From assembly GCF_009914755.1 (NCBI RefSeq), contig NC_060936.1: a stretch of DNA of 64,000 nt. One strand, 5' to 3'. Shown here piece by piece: positions 38,985 through 49,295 of this stretch. The DNA is from the human T2T-CHM13v2.0 reference genome, Homo sapiens. The notes beneath the pieces are model-generated. The model did no database searches and was not told the DNA's origin. It was given only the letters and a program-made list of their open reading frames with translations. The first letter of the stretch is position 1. Every line of letters begins with the position of its first letter. A program made the translations under genes and the position numbers.

Positions 38985-40479
38985 TGGTGATGGTGGGGTC
39001 ATATGCCCAAGAGATGTATAGGATTCACTGTAAAGATGGCACATAAAAGAGGACATATATTAATGGAGAAACCAGCTTGGATGTAAATAGATGACCGAAT
39101 CTTGCTTAGATGTTGGTCTGATAGGAACATATTGGTTGGTATTATTCCACTAAGGAAAGCAAAGATACAAAAAATAAGCAGTTTTTGTTGAATAAACAAA
39201 CCCACTGGCAGACTCAGAACTCGTGCACTTGACAGCTCTCCCTCACTATGGGGAGACCCCACAAGACTTGTTAGAAGAGCTCGTTAGGAAAACAGATGCC
39301 TTGGCCAGAAAACAAAGGGACAGTACAAGGAAAGAGACATTCAGTTTCAGCAAATAATGCTAGCTTTACTTTATTAGGGACAAAAGGGGCCAATTGAAGA
39401 GATTAAGGCTGTTACAAACTCCACTTAGCCTTCTTGAATGGAATTAAAAGTCAGTGCAGGGAAATAAAACTCTAGAAGCACACCTTCCTACTACAGAAGA
39501 TGTTGCATGTGGAACTGCTACATGGTCTGGAACATTCAAAGCTTAGAAAAGACTGTCTTGGAGAGCCTGTGGCAAAGGCATTGGGCATCACCAGGCTGCC
39601 AGGGGCTCAAACCTCAGCAGGTTCAGTTCAAGAATCTGCTGAGAGCGATTCTGTGGCTGAAGCAAATGTGGCATTAAGGAGGAAGCTCCCCAAAAGGCAT
39701 CCTTTACAATTTCAGGGCAGCCCTGGGACTCAGGACAGAGCTATCTGCCCTGGGGAGATAGGGGAGGAGTGGAGGCCGTGTTGCCAGACAGAGCCCATTG
39801 AGACACATGGAACTAGAAAGGAAATGGGTTTTAGGATGTTTCAAATATATTGGGTGGGAAAGAGGGACATTTCTCAACTTAATTAGAAGTCAGCATTGTT
39901 TGTTTGAGAGAGGACACAATTTGTCTAGTGGGATTTTTCCAGTAGATATGGTCAACAAACTGCTGTGACTTCTCAACCGATGGGCAGTTTTTCCTAACCA
40001 AGTTGAAGGTCCCAGGCCACATGTTCTGGACACGTGGCATGCACTGGCTGACATCCTGCCAAGGCTAAGACCCAGGTATTCTTCGTCTACTCTTCTTCCC
40101 TCGGAAACTGCCACATCTTTGGCAACACTAAGCGTTTGGTTCTGGCCCTAGGGCTTTGAGAAAGTTATAAATACATTAGGAGTTGAGGATTCCCTTCTCT
40201 GCCACACTTGGCCTGTGTAGGGTCAGGGCTGGGATTCTACTGTAAATCCCATTAACTCTTTAGGCCCTTGATTAAAGTAAGGCAAATATGAAAGACATTT
40301 GTCTTTTGAGGTCCTGAAAAGTTCTAGCCTGGGCTGTGAGAGTTAAAGGAGTAATATATGCAGTGAAACTAATAATGAGAATAATTATTATGTCAATGGA
40401 ATGCCTCTTCTATGCAAGGTAAATCGTTTAAAATTTAAAATTAATTTTTTTTTTGGCATTTTTAAGTCTGCCGAAGTAG

Positions 40480-40900
40480 TGAGAGGTAGGACTGGAGAGC
40501 CTGGAGAGGGAAGACAGGCCAGATTGGGCGGGGCCTCACCTTGTGTGCTTCATCTTGAAGGACGCGTGCAGCTATCAGGCAGGAGTTTTGGGAAGGAGAG
40601 TTTGGTGATCAGATTTTGACTTGAAAAATCCATCTGATTGGAGTGTGGAGGTTGCGTATGGGAGGACGGGGGCATGCAGTTAGGGAGATCAGTAGAGGGG
40701 CTGTGGACATAGCACAGGTGAGAAATGACAGCGGCCTTTATCCAATGTAGTGGGAGTGGTAGAGATATGGGAAGAGGTGGAGAACAGATGGGCCTTGTTG
40801 AGTGGATGTGGAGTTTAAATGTTGTTATCTAGAACTATTTACATGCTTTTAGCTTAGACAACTGGGCAGATGGTGATGTCCTTCATGAGATAGGGCATAA
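40480..40900 (-). mobile_element. L2 fragment
   Basis: tggtgatcagattttgacttgaaaaatccatctgattggagtgtggagg...caggtgagaaatgac. Confidence 0.65.
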
Positions 40901-40924
40901 AACAAAACAAAACGAGCGCAGCAG

Positions 40925-41490
40925 TGGCAGTAGTAGTAAGAGGTAAGAAGGCTTTTTGCGCTTAGTAAATTCCAGGCTGTGCATCGATTACCTCATTTAA
41001 CACGGGCAACAATGCAATGTACTAGTTATTATTAATATGTGGATTTTACAGAGGAGGAAACCCAGGCTCAGAAAGGTGAAAGAACTTGCTGGTGGTTACA
41101 CTTCTAAGAATCAGGGAAAGAAAATTTGGAATCAGATGGATCTGGACTCAAATTCTGGATCCCCTAGTTGTGGGAACTTAGGCATGCATAGTAACTGGTC
41201 CTATCACGGAGATGACACTTACCATGTAAGATTCAGGAAGATGGCAATTAAGGAGACTTCAGCATGGTGCCTGGTGTGCAGTAAACACAGAGAACGTAAC
41301 CATCACTGACAGCATGTTGTTCAATTATTACCATAAACCTAATAAGCTAAGAGTTAGAAATATTCTCATTTCATGAACTTGTAAAGTGAAACCCAAGAAG
41401 GGCAGTTGATTTATTTATTTGTGCAACATCAGGAAGCTAAATGAGGTTTTCTTATTTCTAAGCCCATCTTCTTTTTACTACACCAGGCTG
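40925..41490. mobile_element. Cluster of three MIR fragments (-, +, -)
   Basis: ttttacagaggaggaaacccaggctcagaaaggtgaaagaacttgc; tggaatcagatggatctggactcaaattctgg; ctcatttcatgaacttgtaaagtgaaacccaag. Confidence 0.65.
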
Positions 41491-41764
41491 TCTTTCATTT
41501 GCTTGGGAGTAAAAGGATCAATAATTAGCTTTCTGAGGTCTTGAGAAGTTATTAGCCTCCAGTAAAGCTAGAAACTATGTGGGCTCCTGAGGTGATTTTT
41601 GCATTTGTGGCTGTGGCAAATTGCAGCTCGAGGGTTCTAAGCTCTTAATTTGTTATCATTAGCAGATGTGATAGATTAGCTTTCCAAGTGGTTCTAATAT
41701 TGCCTCAGTGTTGACAGCCACTGTCTCAGAGACATTCCACCACCTGAGTAGGAACGACTGCAAC

Positions 41765-42420
41765 ATGTCCAGGGAGTACTGTTTGTAATAGCAAAAAACT
41801 GGGGGCATGGGGGTGGGAAACTCCAAATGCTCGACAGGAGACAGGATAAAGAATTGTGCAGTGCATGCTCCTCAGTGGAATTTAAGCGCTAGGAGGGGAG
41901 AGATTGTGTCTCTTTTGTTCACTGCAGGATCCTAGCACCTAGAACCACGCCTGGTAAACATTCAAATAAGCACTCCGCTATTCTTTTAGCACTGAATATA
42001 GTATATTTACATAATCCCATTATATGGTCCATCTGACAGCAGCAAATAGCAAATGGATTACAGCTATATGCACCAACAGGGATGAATGTCAGAAACATGA
42101 GTGCGAACATAGAAGGCCAAAGAATACCTGCAGTATGATGCCACTTTTTAAAGTTCAAAATCAAGCGAAACTAAATAACAGAATAATTAGGTACATAGCC
42201 AGTGAGACAACTCTATAAATAAGTACAATAGAAGGATAAAAGATGAAGGTTCAGGATTGTAGTTGTGGCGGTACAGGGGTGGGGGCGTGAATATGACTTT
42301 GGAGAGGGACACATAGAAACTTGTTTTGGAAATGTTCTGTTTCTTAAGTTGGGTGGAAGGTTCATGGGAATTTGTTTTATTAGGCTTCCTATCTTAATAT
42401 TCCTTGAATATACACATGCT
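41765..42420 (+). mobile_element. L1ME 3' end with an inserted L2 3' end (~41865-41998)
   Basis: tgtttgtaatagcaaaaaactgg; tacagctatatgcaccaacagggatgaatgtc; aatgttctgtttcttaagttgggtgg; L2 ttgttcactgcaggatcctagcacctagaac. Confidence 0.75.
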
Positions 42421-42439
42421 GTTAAAAATAGAACTGATG

Positions 42440-42817
<378 letters not shown>

Positions 42818-43444
42818 TTAGTGGGGGATCCCTCTAGGAGGCTACAGGAAACCTCCTGGAGCCATCACTGAGGTAGCCTTCATGGGAAGGTAAGGGAATA
42901 CAGTCCTCTTGGACTTGTTGAAGGGCAACCATGGGGTGATAGATCAGCCTCACCTTCTGCGAGGGGAGAATGCCTGGAGCCACCAGGAGGTGAGGGGCCC
43001 CTAGTCTAGTGTTGGAAGGAGCTGACCATGGGCCTTGTGCTGATGCTGATGATGGCAGCTACACACAGTCTGGGATTTTGTTCTGGATTCTATCCTTGAC
43101 CCACCCACTAAATTCTGGGTGAACTTGGCAGACACCATTTTGGGCTCCAGTCCCCTCATCAGTAAAATTAAAAGATGAGACAGGAGCATTTGTCATCAGC
43201 CTGTGTCCATGTCACCTTTATAGTTCCCTGGCGATTCTGTTGAGTCATTCAGGGAGGGAGAGGGTTCAGTTGAAAATGGAGGTCCTGGCCCTGCCACCCC
43301 CCGGTTCAATCAGGGCGGCCACTCTTATGGATTTTGTATGTTTAGGTTCTGTGTATGATTTCATTTCAGAGGAGAGTTCTGCTGCTGAAATAAAAAGTAA
43401 TGCAAACTCAAACAATTAAAGGTTTGGAAAACACTGATCTAGAC

Positions 43445-43652
43445 TAGTGTTTCCCAAACCTACTTGTACATCAAATGATCCCAAAGAATTTAAAAAGAAA
43501 AGGAAAACAACTCAGATTCCCTGGACCTCACCCTTGACTTACGGAATCAGTATCTCCAAGAATAGGGTCTCCAGGGGCCTTTATAATAGCTCCCTACATG
43601 GACCTCACAGACGCAGCCCATCTCTGGTCTACAGACTGGTTTTTGGAAACTG
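43445..43652. mobile_element. hAT-Charlie MITE (MER5B/MER117-like)
   Basis: tagtgtttcccaaacc...cagattccctggacctcaccc...gaatcagtatctcca...tttggaaactg. Confidence 0.6.
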
Positions 43653-44239
43653 CTCTTGTGAAGGAACTTTGTTGGCATTCTCTTCCCAGCACTAACATAC
43701 CATGAGTCTGTGTTTATATTCCTCCTGTGTATAACACCTTCTGTTCCATTTGTTTATTTTTTTCCCATTCCTATAAAAACAACAGCGTCTAAGAACCAAA
43801 ATATCAAAATGAAGCTGCCATCCTATTTTTATTATTTCCCTGTGCACAAAATTTAGGGTTGTTTTTCTGGTTTTTGTTTCTCGCCCCCTCCCCACCCCAA
43901 CCTCTGAACGTTGTGTATAAAAATAGGCTCTTTGTTTTTCTACACTGCCTACTGCTGAAGCTCCCACATGCTTTAGAAATCATGCCATTCAAGTTGGAAC
44001 AGATACTAAAGGAGCCCGGGGAGTAATTTCTCCTTGCATCATTTAGGCGACAAAATATTTCCAAACTGTGCTCTGACATTGACTTTGAAATATTTCTCCC
44101 TTCCTGTTTGCCCCCACCCACTGCAAACATATAAGCATGCTTGATTGAATAGCCCACTGGAGAGGGTTAAAGGCAAGACTGGGAACACCTGCTCTTGAAA
44201 GAGTGTGTGTGGTTAGTACCCTTTAACAAAGGAATATGA

Positions 44240-44610
44240 TTCTTAGAAAGGCCAGTGAAGGGCAGATGGAAGAATAGAGGGAATATGTGGGCTAAAACAT
44301 GAGGTCAAACTAAGAAGATTAAGACTTTCAGCCTACAGAGATGAAGGCTGCATGGGGAGATGATCAAAGACGACAAAGCCACAAAGGGCATCAATATGTT
44401 TGTGTTCACCAAATTCCAAAGTATGAGAAGGAGCAGGGAGGACTCTTTGAAGCCTGAAAGAAGAGAAATTTAGAAAAAAATAGAAAAAAAAAACCACATT
44501 AGTTTACACAGTGAGTCATAAATGTTTGGAACGAATCACTCCCAAGACATGGTCTGGGTTGAAAAGAATAAAGGTTCAAAGAAGGTGTAATGTATTTATG
44601 CGTCGTAGAG
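44240..44610 (+). mobile_element. Ancient CR1-clade LINE relic (L3/Plat_L3/CR1_Mam-like), end of ORF2
   Basis: gactttcagcctacagagatgaaggctgcatggggagatgatcaaag...tgttcaccaaattcc...tttgaagcctgaaagaagagaaatttag...aggttcaaagaagg. Confidence 0.7.
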
Positions 44611-45332
44611 GCACAGTGGTTTTTAGAGGGTGCATTACACCGTCCTGTGGTACCTCTCTGGAGTTTAATGTTTGGATCGGTACCATGTCAAAGAGAGAAT
44701 GCTAAGCTATGCTTACTCTGCAGGTGATCTAATATGACAAAACTTACATCCTTAAGAGGAAACACTTTATTCTGCCAAATGCCTCAAAAATTTTAAATAA
44801 TGGACGCCATTTCCTCAATCTGTAAGGATGTCTTGCTTTAAGAAAACTCTCTACTCCTTCTGGAATGCCTGAGGCTTGTCAGTTGCTGGGAGCTGTTTTC
44901 ATGAACACAAGAAGGCTGGGGTGGGATTGAAGCAACTGCTATGGTGGATGCATTATGTAACCTCTAACCAGCTTACCATGATGCGGGAGGGGCGTGGAGG
45001 GGGGTGTTGGGGGTGGGAAAGACAGGAAGGGACTTCCACTGGTGCTATCGTGTACCCCATGGGGCCCACACTAGTGAGAAAGCCACATAATTATCCTTGG
45101 TGCCACCCATGGGAACTCCTTTCTGGGGCAGGTGTGGCCTTTCTACCTTCACATTCCTCCTCAGTTTTGCAAAGGGCTGACCGTTGAAGTAGACAGACAG
45201 TGGAACCTTGTATCCGGGGATGTGAAGTCAGACATAGAAAGAGATGAAGATGAGAAGGGATATAAAAGCAGCAGTTGTTAGATTCTTTTAAACCCTTTCT
45301 CAGATTCCAATGAAATATATCTAGAAATAAAG

Positions 45333-45560
45333 TGTTCTACGAATAGTTCACCAAACATTGGGACTAAGAGTTGATTCCTTCTCAGCCTATCAAAATTGTA
45401 CTCTAGAAATGGCTGAGTTATATAAGAAATTTGATTAGAAGTTTGTTCTACGAATAGTTCACCAAACAGTGGGACTAAGAGTTGATTCCTTCTCAGCCTA
45501 TCAAAATTGTACTATAGAAATGGTTGAGTTATATAAGAAATTTGATTAGAAGTTTGTTCT
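45333..45560. repeat. 111-bp tandem duplication (2 copies plus 6 nt)
   Basis: 45333-45443 versus 45444-45554, 3 mismatches. Confidence 0.97.
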
Positions 45561-46086
45561 GGTTATCTACGGCAGTGCAACAAACTACTCCAAAACTTAG
45601 TGGCTTAAGGTAACAGGCAATGAATTATGCTTATAGAGTCTATAAGCCAGTAACTTGGATGGTTAATCCCTCCTCCACAATGAATGGGACCTCCAAATGG
45701 CTGAGGGCTGCAGTCCTCTGGAGGCTTTTCACTAGCATGTCTGGCTGGGATGACTTGAAGCCTTGGCTCAATGGAAAATGTCAGCCAGGGCACCTACACA
45801 TGGCCTCTATGTGGCTTGGGCTTTTCACAGCACAATGTTTGGGTTCCAAGAGGAAGCATCCAGACATGAAGCAGATGGATCCACATGGCCTAGTTTCAGA
45901 AATCACAAAGTGGTCACTTTTTCTGCCTTCTTTTGGCGTCAGTGAATCACTAAGGCCAGCCCATATTCAAGGGAAGGGCATTAGATTCTCCTTGAGGGAG
46001 AAATGGTGAGGTTTTGTGGCAGAGGAGCATGTAGGAGAGTGGATTTTGTCATGGCCATGTTGGAAAATGAAATACAATCTACCACA
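45555..46086 (-). mobile_element. MaLR solo LTR (MLT1H/I-like)
   Basis: tgttctggttatctac...aacaaactactccaaaacttagtggcttaa...ggccagcccatattcaagggaaggg...tacaatctaccaca. Confidence 0.8.
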
Positions 46087-46299
46087 AGGATGTATATGTA
46101 TGTGTCTATGTGTATAAATAATCACCTGTTTTCCCACATTAGGATCTGAGAGAGGAATTCTATTGGCATCCAGGTGTCAGGGAATACAGGATTTGTTTAT
46201 TAGGGGGTGTAACGTGGGCAGGGGATTAAGATCAATATTTATCCATTAGAAGAGAGGGCCTGAATAAAACTCTCTTTGGTAAAGCAAGCTAACAAATAA

Positions 46300-47450
46300 A
46301 AATCAACATGAGGCCTTTGCAAAGTTTCTGCAACTTGAGAGTAGGGGACCATCACCTTGGAGATAGAGATGGAATATATTTGAAAAGGAAACTAAAGGAA
46401 ACAGAATAATGTCTTTGAAATCTTCTCTAGAAGGATGAAAGAACATAACAGAACTTGCAGAAAGTTGCTATCAGTTCCCATGAAGAGAAAGTTGAGAGGC
46501 TCCTTTACAATGCAGAAAAAGTCATTAAAGAGATGAGCATGATAACAGCAAAGTTAATCAATAAGGAAGCCAGAGAACAGACAGTGAAATCATGAGTATC
46601 AGGGGCTTCTGAAGATGAAGTCAGCACAAATGGTATCGAAGTAATAATAAAAGATATAAAGAAGAAAACATTCCCAAATGGAAGAAAGATTGAGTCAGCA
46701 TTTGATAGCACTTTATAGCTCTCAGAGAAAATAAAGAGTTAAGACCTGCTCACAGACTCATCCTGGCAGAAAATGTTTGAACCTCATAGACACACAAAGG
46801 CACTGATGCAAAACCCTAAGTCCTCAACGTTTTTTAAAAAAATAACACCCAAGCTAAATTCAGACTTCATTTCTACATTATTAAACACCAGATAATGATG
46901 AGGCAATCTCTATAATATGAAGTAGTAGATAGTAGTAGTCTTTGAGGAAAAAAAGTTGTGGCTGGGTGCAGTGGCTCACGCCTGTAATCCCAGCAATTTG
47001 GGAGGCCAAGGTGGGCAGCTCACGAGGTCAGGAGATTGAGACCATCCTGACTAACACAGTGAAACCCCTTCTCTACTAAAAATACAAAAAATTAGCTGGG
47101 TGTGGTGGCGGGTGCCTGCAGTCCCAGCTACTCGGGAGGCTGAGGCAGGAGAACAGTGTGAACCCGGGAGGCGGAGCTTGTGTGAGCCGAGATCGCGCCA
47201 CTGCACTCCAGCCTGGGCGAGAGAGCAAGACTCTGCCTCAAATAAAATAAAATAAAAAGAAAAGAAAAGAAAAAGTTGTGACCTAAGAAGTCATCCAAGT
47301 TTTATTAATGTGTGAAAGCAACAGAAGAACATTTTCATATATACAAGTGTTCAGAAAGACTGTCACATATGTATCATGTCTAGAAAAAAAATTGAAAAGT
47401 CTGCTGATGACTTCTGGAATGATAAAATACACACTACAAGAAATTTAATA
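46300..47450 (+). mobile_element. HAL1/L1-ORF1-like relic split by AluY
   Basis: A-rich ORF1-like: aagaaaacattcccaaatggaagaaagattgagtc...cagacttc...ttgtgacctaagaag...aagcaacagaagaacattttc. Confidence 0.6.
46960..47269 (+). mobile_element. AluY; TSD AAAAAGTTGT(G)
   Basis: Y-type features: cacgaggtcaggagattgagaccatcctgactaacacagtg, gtgaacccgggaggcggagcttg. Confidence 0.93.
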
Positions 47451-48089
47451 ATAATTATTGAATTTCATATTGGATTAACAATATGAAGACTGGCAAGTAG
47501 CTAAGGGAAAGACAATGCTCAGCTTACACAGGAAGAAGTGACAAATGGACTGTTTCCACTTCTAAAAGCAGATCGAAGATTGGTGGAGCTGCGTGGAGGA
47601 TGCCCTGCTATAATATTTGCATGAAAGGTTGCAGCTGAGAAAGGAGGAAGCCCGTCTAGAATATTCCAAAATGTCTCCAGACTTCAGGCTCAGAGACAGC
47701 AGCTGAGAGAGGGGCAGTGAGAGTTTGCAGAAAGCAGAAAATCGAAGGTTATATTTAAAGACCGTTTTATGTAAGGACACATAGTCCACTTCCTCCTTCA
47801 GAAAGCCCAGCAAACCAGTATTTTCCTCCAGGCAAAAACAGCAATGGCAACAAAACAAAAGCCCAGAATGTTCTTTTTTAGAGAAATTGAACAAATATTT
47901 GGGAAGAACTTGGGCTGTTAGTGTGGGTGTTATCGCCCTGGAGTGAAGCCCTTCACATTCTATCATTTAGATAGCCTTCAGTAAAGCTGGCTCTTACTTC
48001 CTCACCCTGTTACCCTAAAGTGAAGCTTGCTAGTTGATAAGTTCTGCTCCTAGTCAGCCTTATATTTAAGGATGTTTACCTCCTGGAAG

Positions 48090-48725
48090 ATAAAGTAGAA
48101 GATAATCACAAAAACTGACCTCTGAAGAAACAAAATTCAGGGAACTGAAGATAATTTTAAAATGATGACAACTCTAGTGTTCTCTGAAATTTAAGAAGAT
48201 ACTGAAAGCTATTGCCTCCATAAGGGGAGAACAAAATGCTATGAAAATGAAAAATACAAAGAATAAGGAAGATCCCTTGGAAATTAGAGAGATGATGACT
48301 CAACTAAAACAATTGCTGGGTGGCTGGGCACAGTGGCTCACGCCTGTAATCCCAGCACTTTGGGAGGCCGAGGCGGGTGGATCACCTGAGGTCAGGAGTT
48401 AGAGACCAGCCTGACTAACATTGCAAAACCCCTTCTCTACTAAAAATACAAAAATTAGCCGGGCATGGTGGTGCGTGCCTATAATTTCAGCTGCTTGGGA
48501 AGCTGAGGCAGGAGAATCGCTTGAACCTGGGAGGTGGAGGTTGCGGTGTGCCGAGATTGCGCCATTTGCACTCCAGCCTGGGCAACAAGAGTGAAACTGC
48601 GTCTAAAAAAAAAAAAAAAAGAAAAGAAAAAATTTGCTGGAATGATTGGGAGAAAAAGTTGAGGAACTCTCTCAAAAACAGCACAACAGGAGAGGGTAAG
48701 AGGAGATAAAACAGAGGTCAATTAA
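48090..48725 (+). mobile_element. Old L1/HAL1 ORF1-like fragment split by an Alu
   Basis: attgcctccataagg...aacaaaatgctatgaaaatg...cttggaaattagagagatgatgac...aaagttgaggaactctctca. Confidence 0.55.
48322..48625 (+). mobile_element. AluSp/Sq-like
   Basis: ttgcggtg...gcgccatttgcactccagcctgggcaacaagagtgaaact; degenerate TSD aattgctgg/atttgctgg. Confidence 0.93.
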
Positions 48726-48733
48726 GATAACGA

Positions 48734-49295
48734 CTTTATATGAAAAAGACACATACACACACAGATATGTTTATCTCAGCACAATTCAGTTACAAAACTA
48801 TGGAACCAACGTAAATGCCCATCAACTAAAGAATGGATAAACAAAATGTGGTATATATACACTATGGAATACTACTCAGTCATAAAACGGAATGAAATAA
48901 TGGCTTTTGTAGCAACTTAGATGGACATGGAGGCCATTATTCTATGTGAAGTAACTCAGGAATAGCAAACCAAATATCCTATGTTCTCATGCCTTAGAGC
49001 ATGCCTTATGCCTTAGAACATATGCTTATGTTCCTATGCCTAAGAATATAGGATATGTTCTTAGGCCTCATGACTAAGCTGTGAGGATGCAAAGGCGTAA
49101 GAATGATATAATGGGCTTTGGGGACTCAGAGGGAAGGGTGGGAGTGGGGTGAGGGATAAAGACTACCTACTGCGTACATTGTACACTGCCTGGGTGGTGG
49201 GTGCACCAAAATATCAGAAATCACCACTAAAGAACTTGTCCATGTAATCCAAAACCACCCGTACCCACAAAACTATTGATATAATAATAAAAAAA
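48734..49295 (+). mobile_element. L1PB (about PB2/PB3) 3' end
   Basis: aaatgcccatcaac...gaagtaactcaggaat...gggtgcaccaaaatatcagaaatcaccactaaagaactt...aaaactattga plus A-tail. Confidence 0.92.

Noticed and set aside
39500-39886. 128-aa ORF with ATG start
   Set aside because: No homology I recognise and no promoter or splice context; treated as chance
42978-42996. CTCF-like CCACCAGGAGGTGA (similar at ~59084)
   Set aside because: Mismatches at informative positions; cannot be supported without PWM or ChIP data
45333-45560. Possible CRISPR-like or satellite array
   Set aside because: Only two adjacent copies, no spacers, eukaryotic context
45620-46009. 129-aa ORF
   Set aside because: Entirely inside an MLT1 LTR
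47562-47966. Longest ORF (134 aa, minus strand)
   Set aside because: No recognisable domain and non-ATG start; lies between HAL1/L1-like relics; the length is expected by chance
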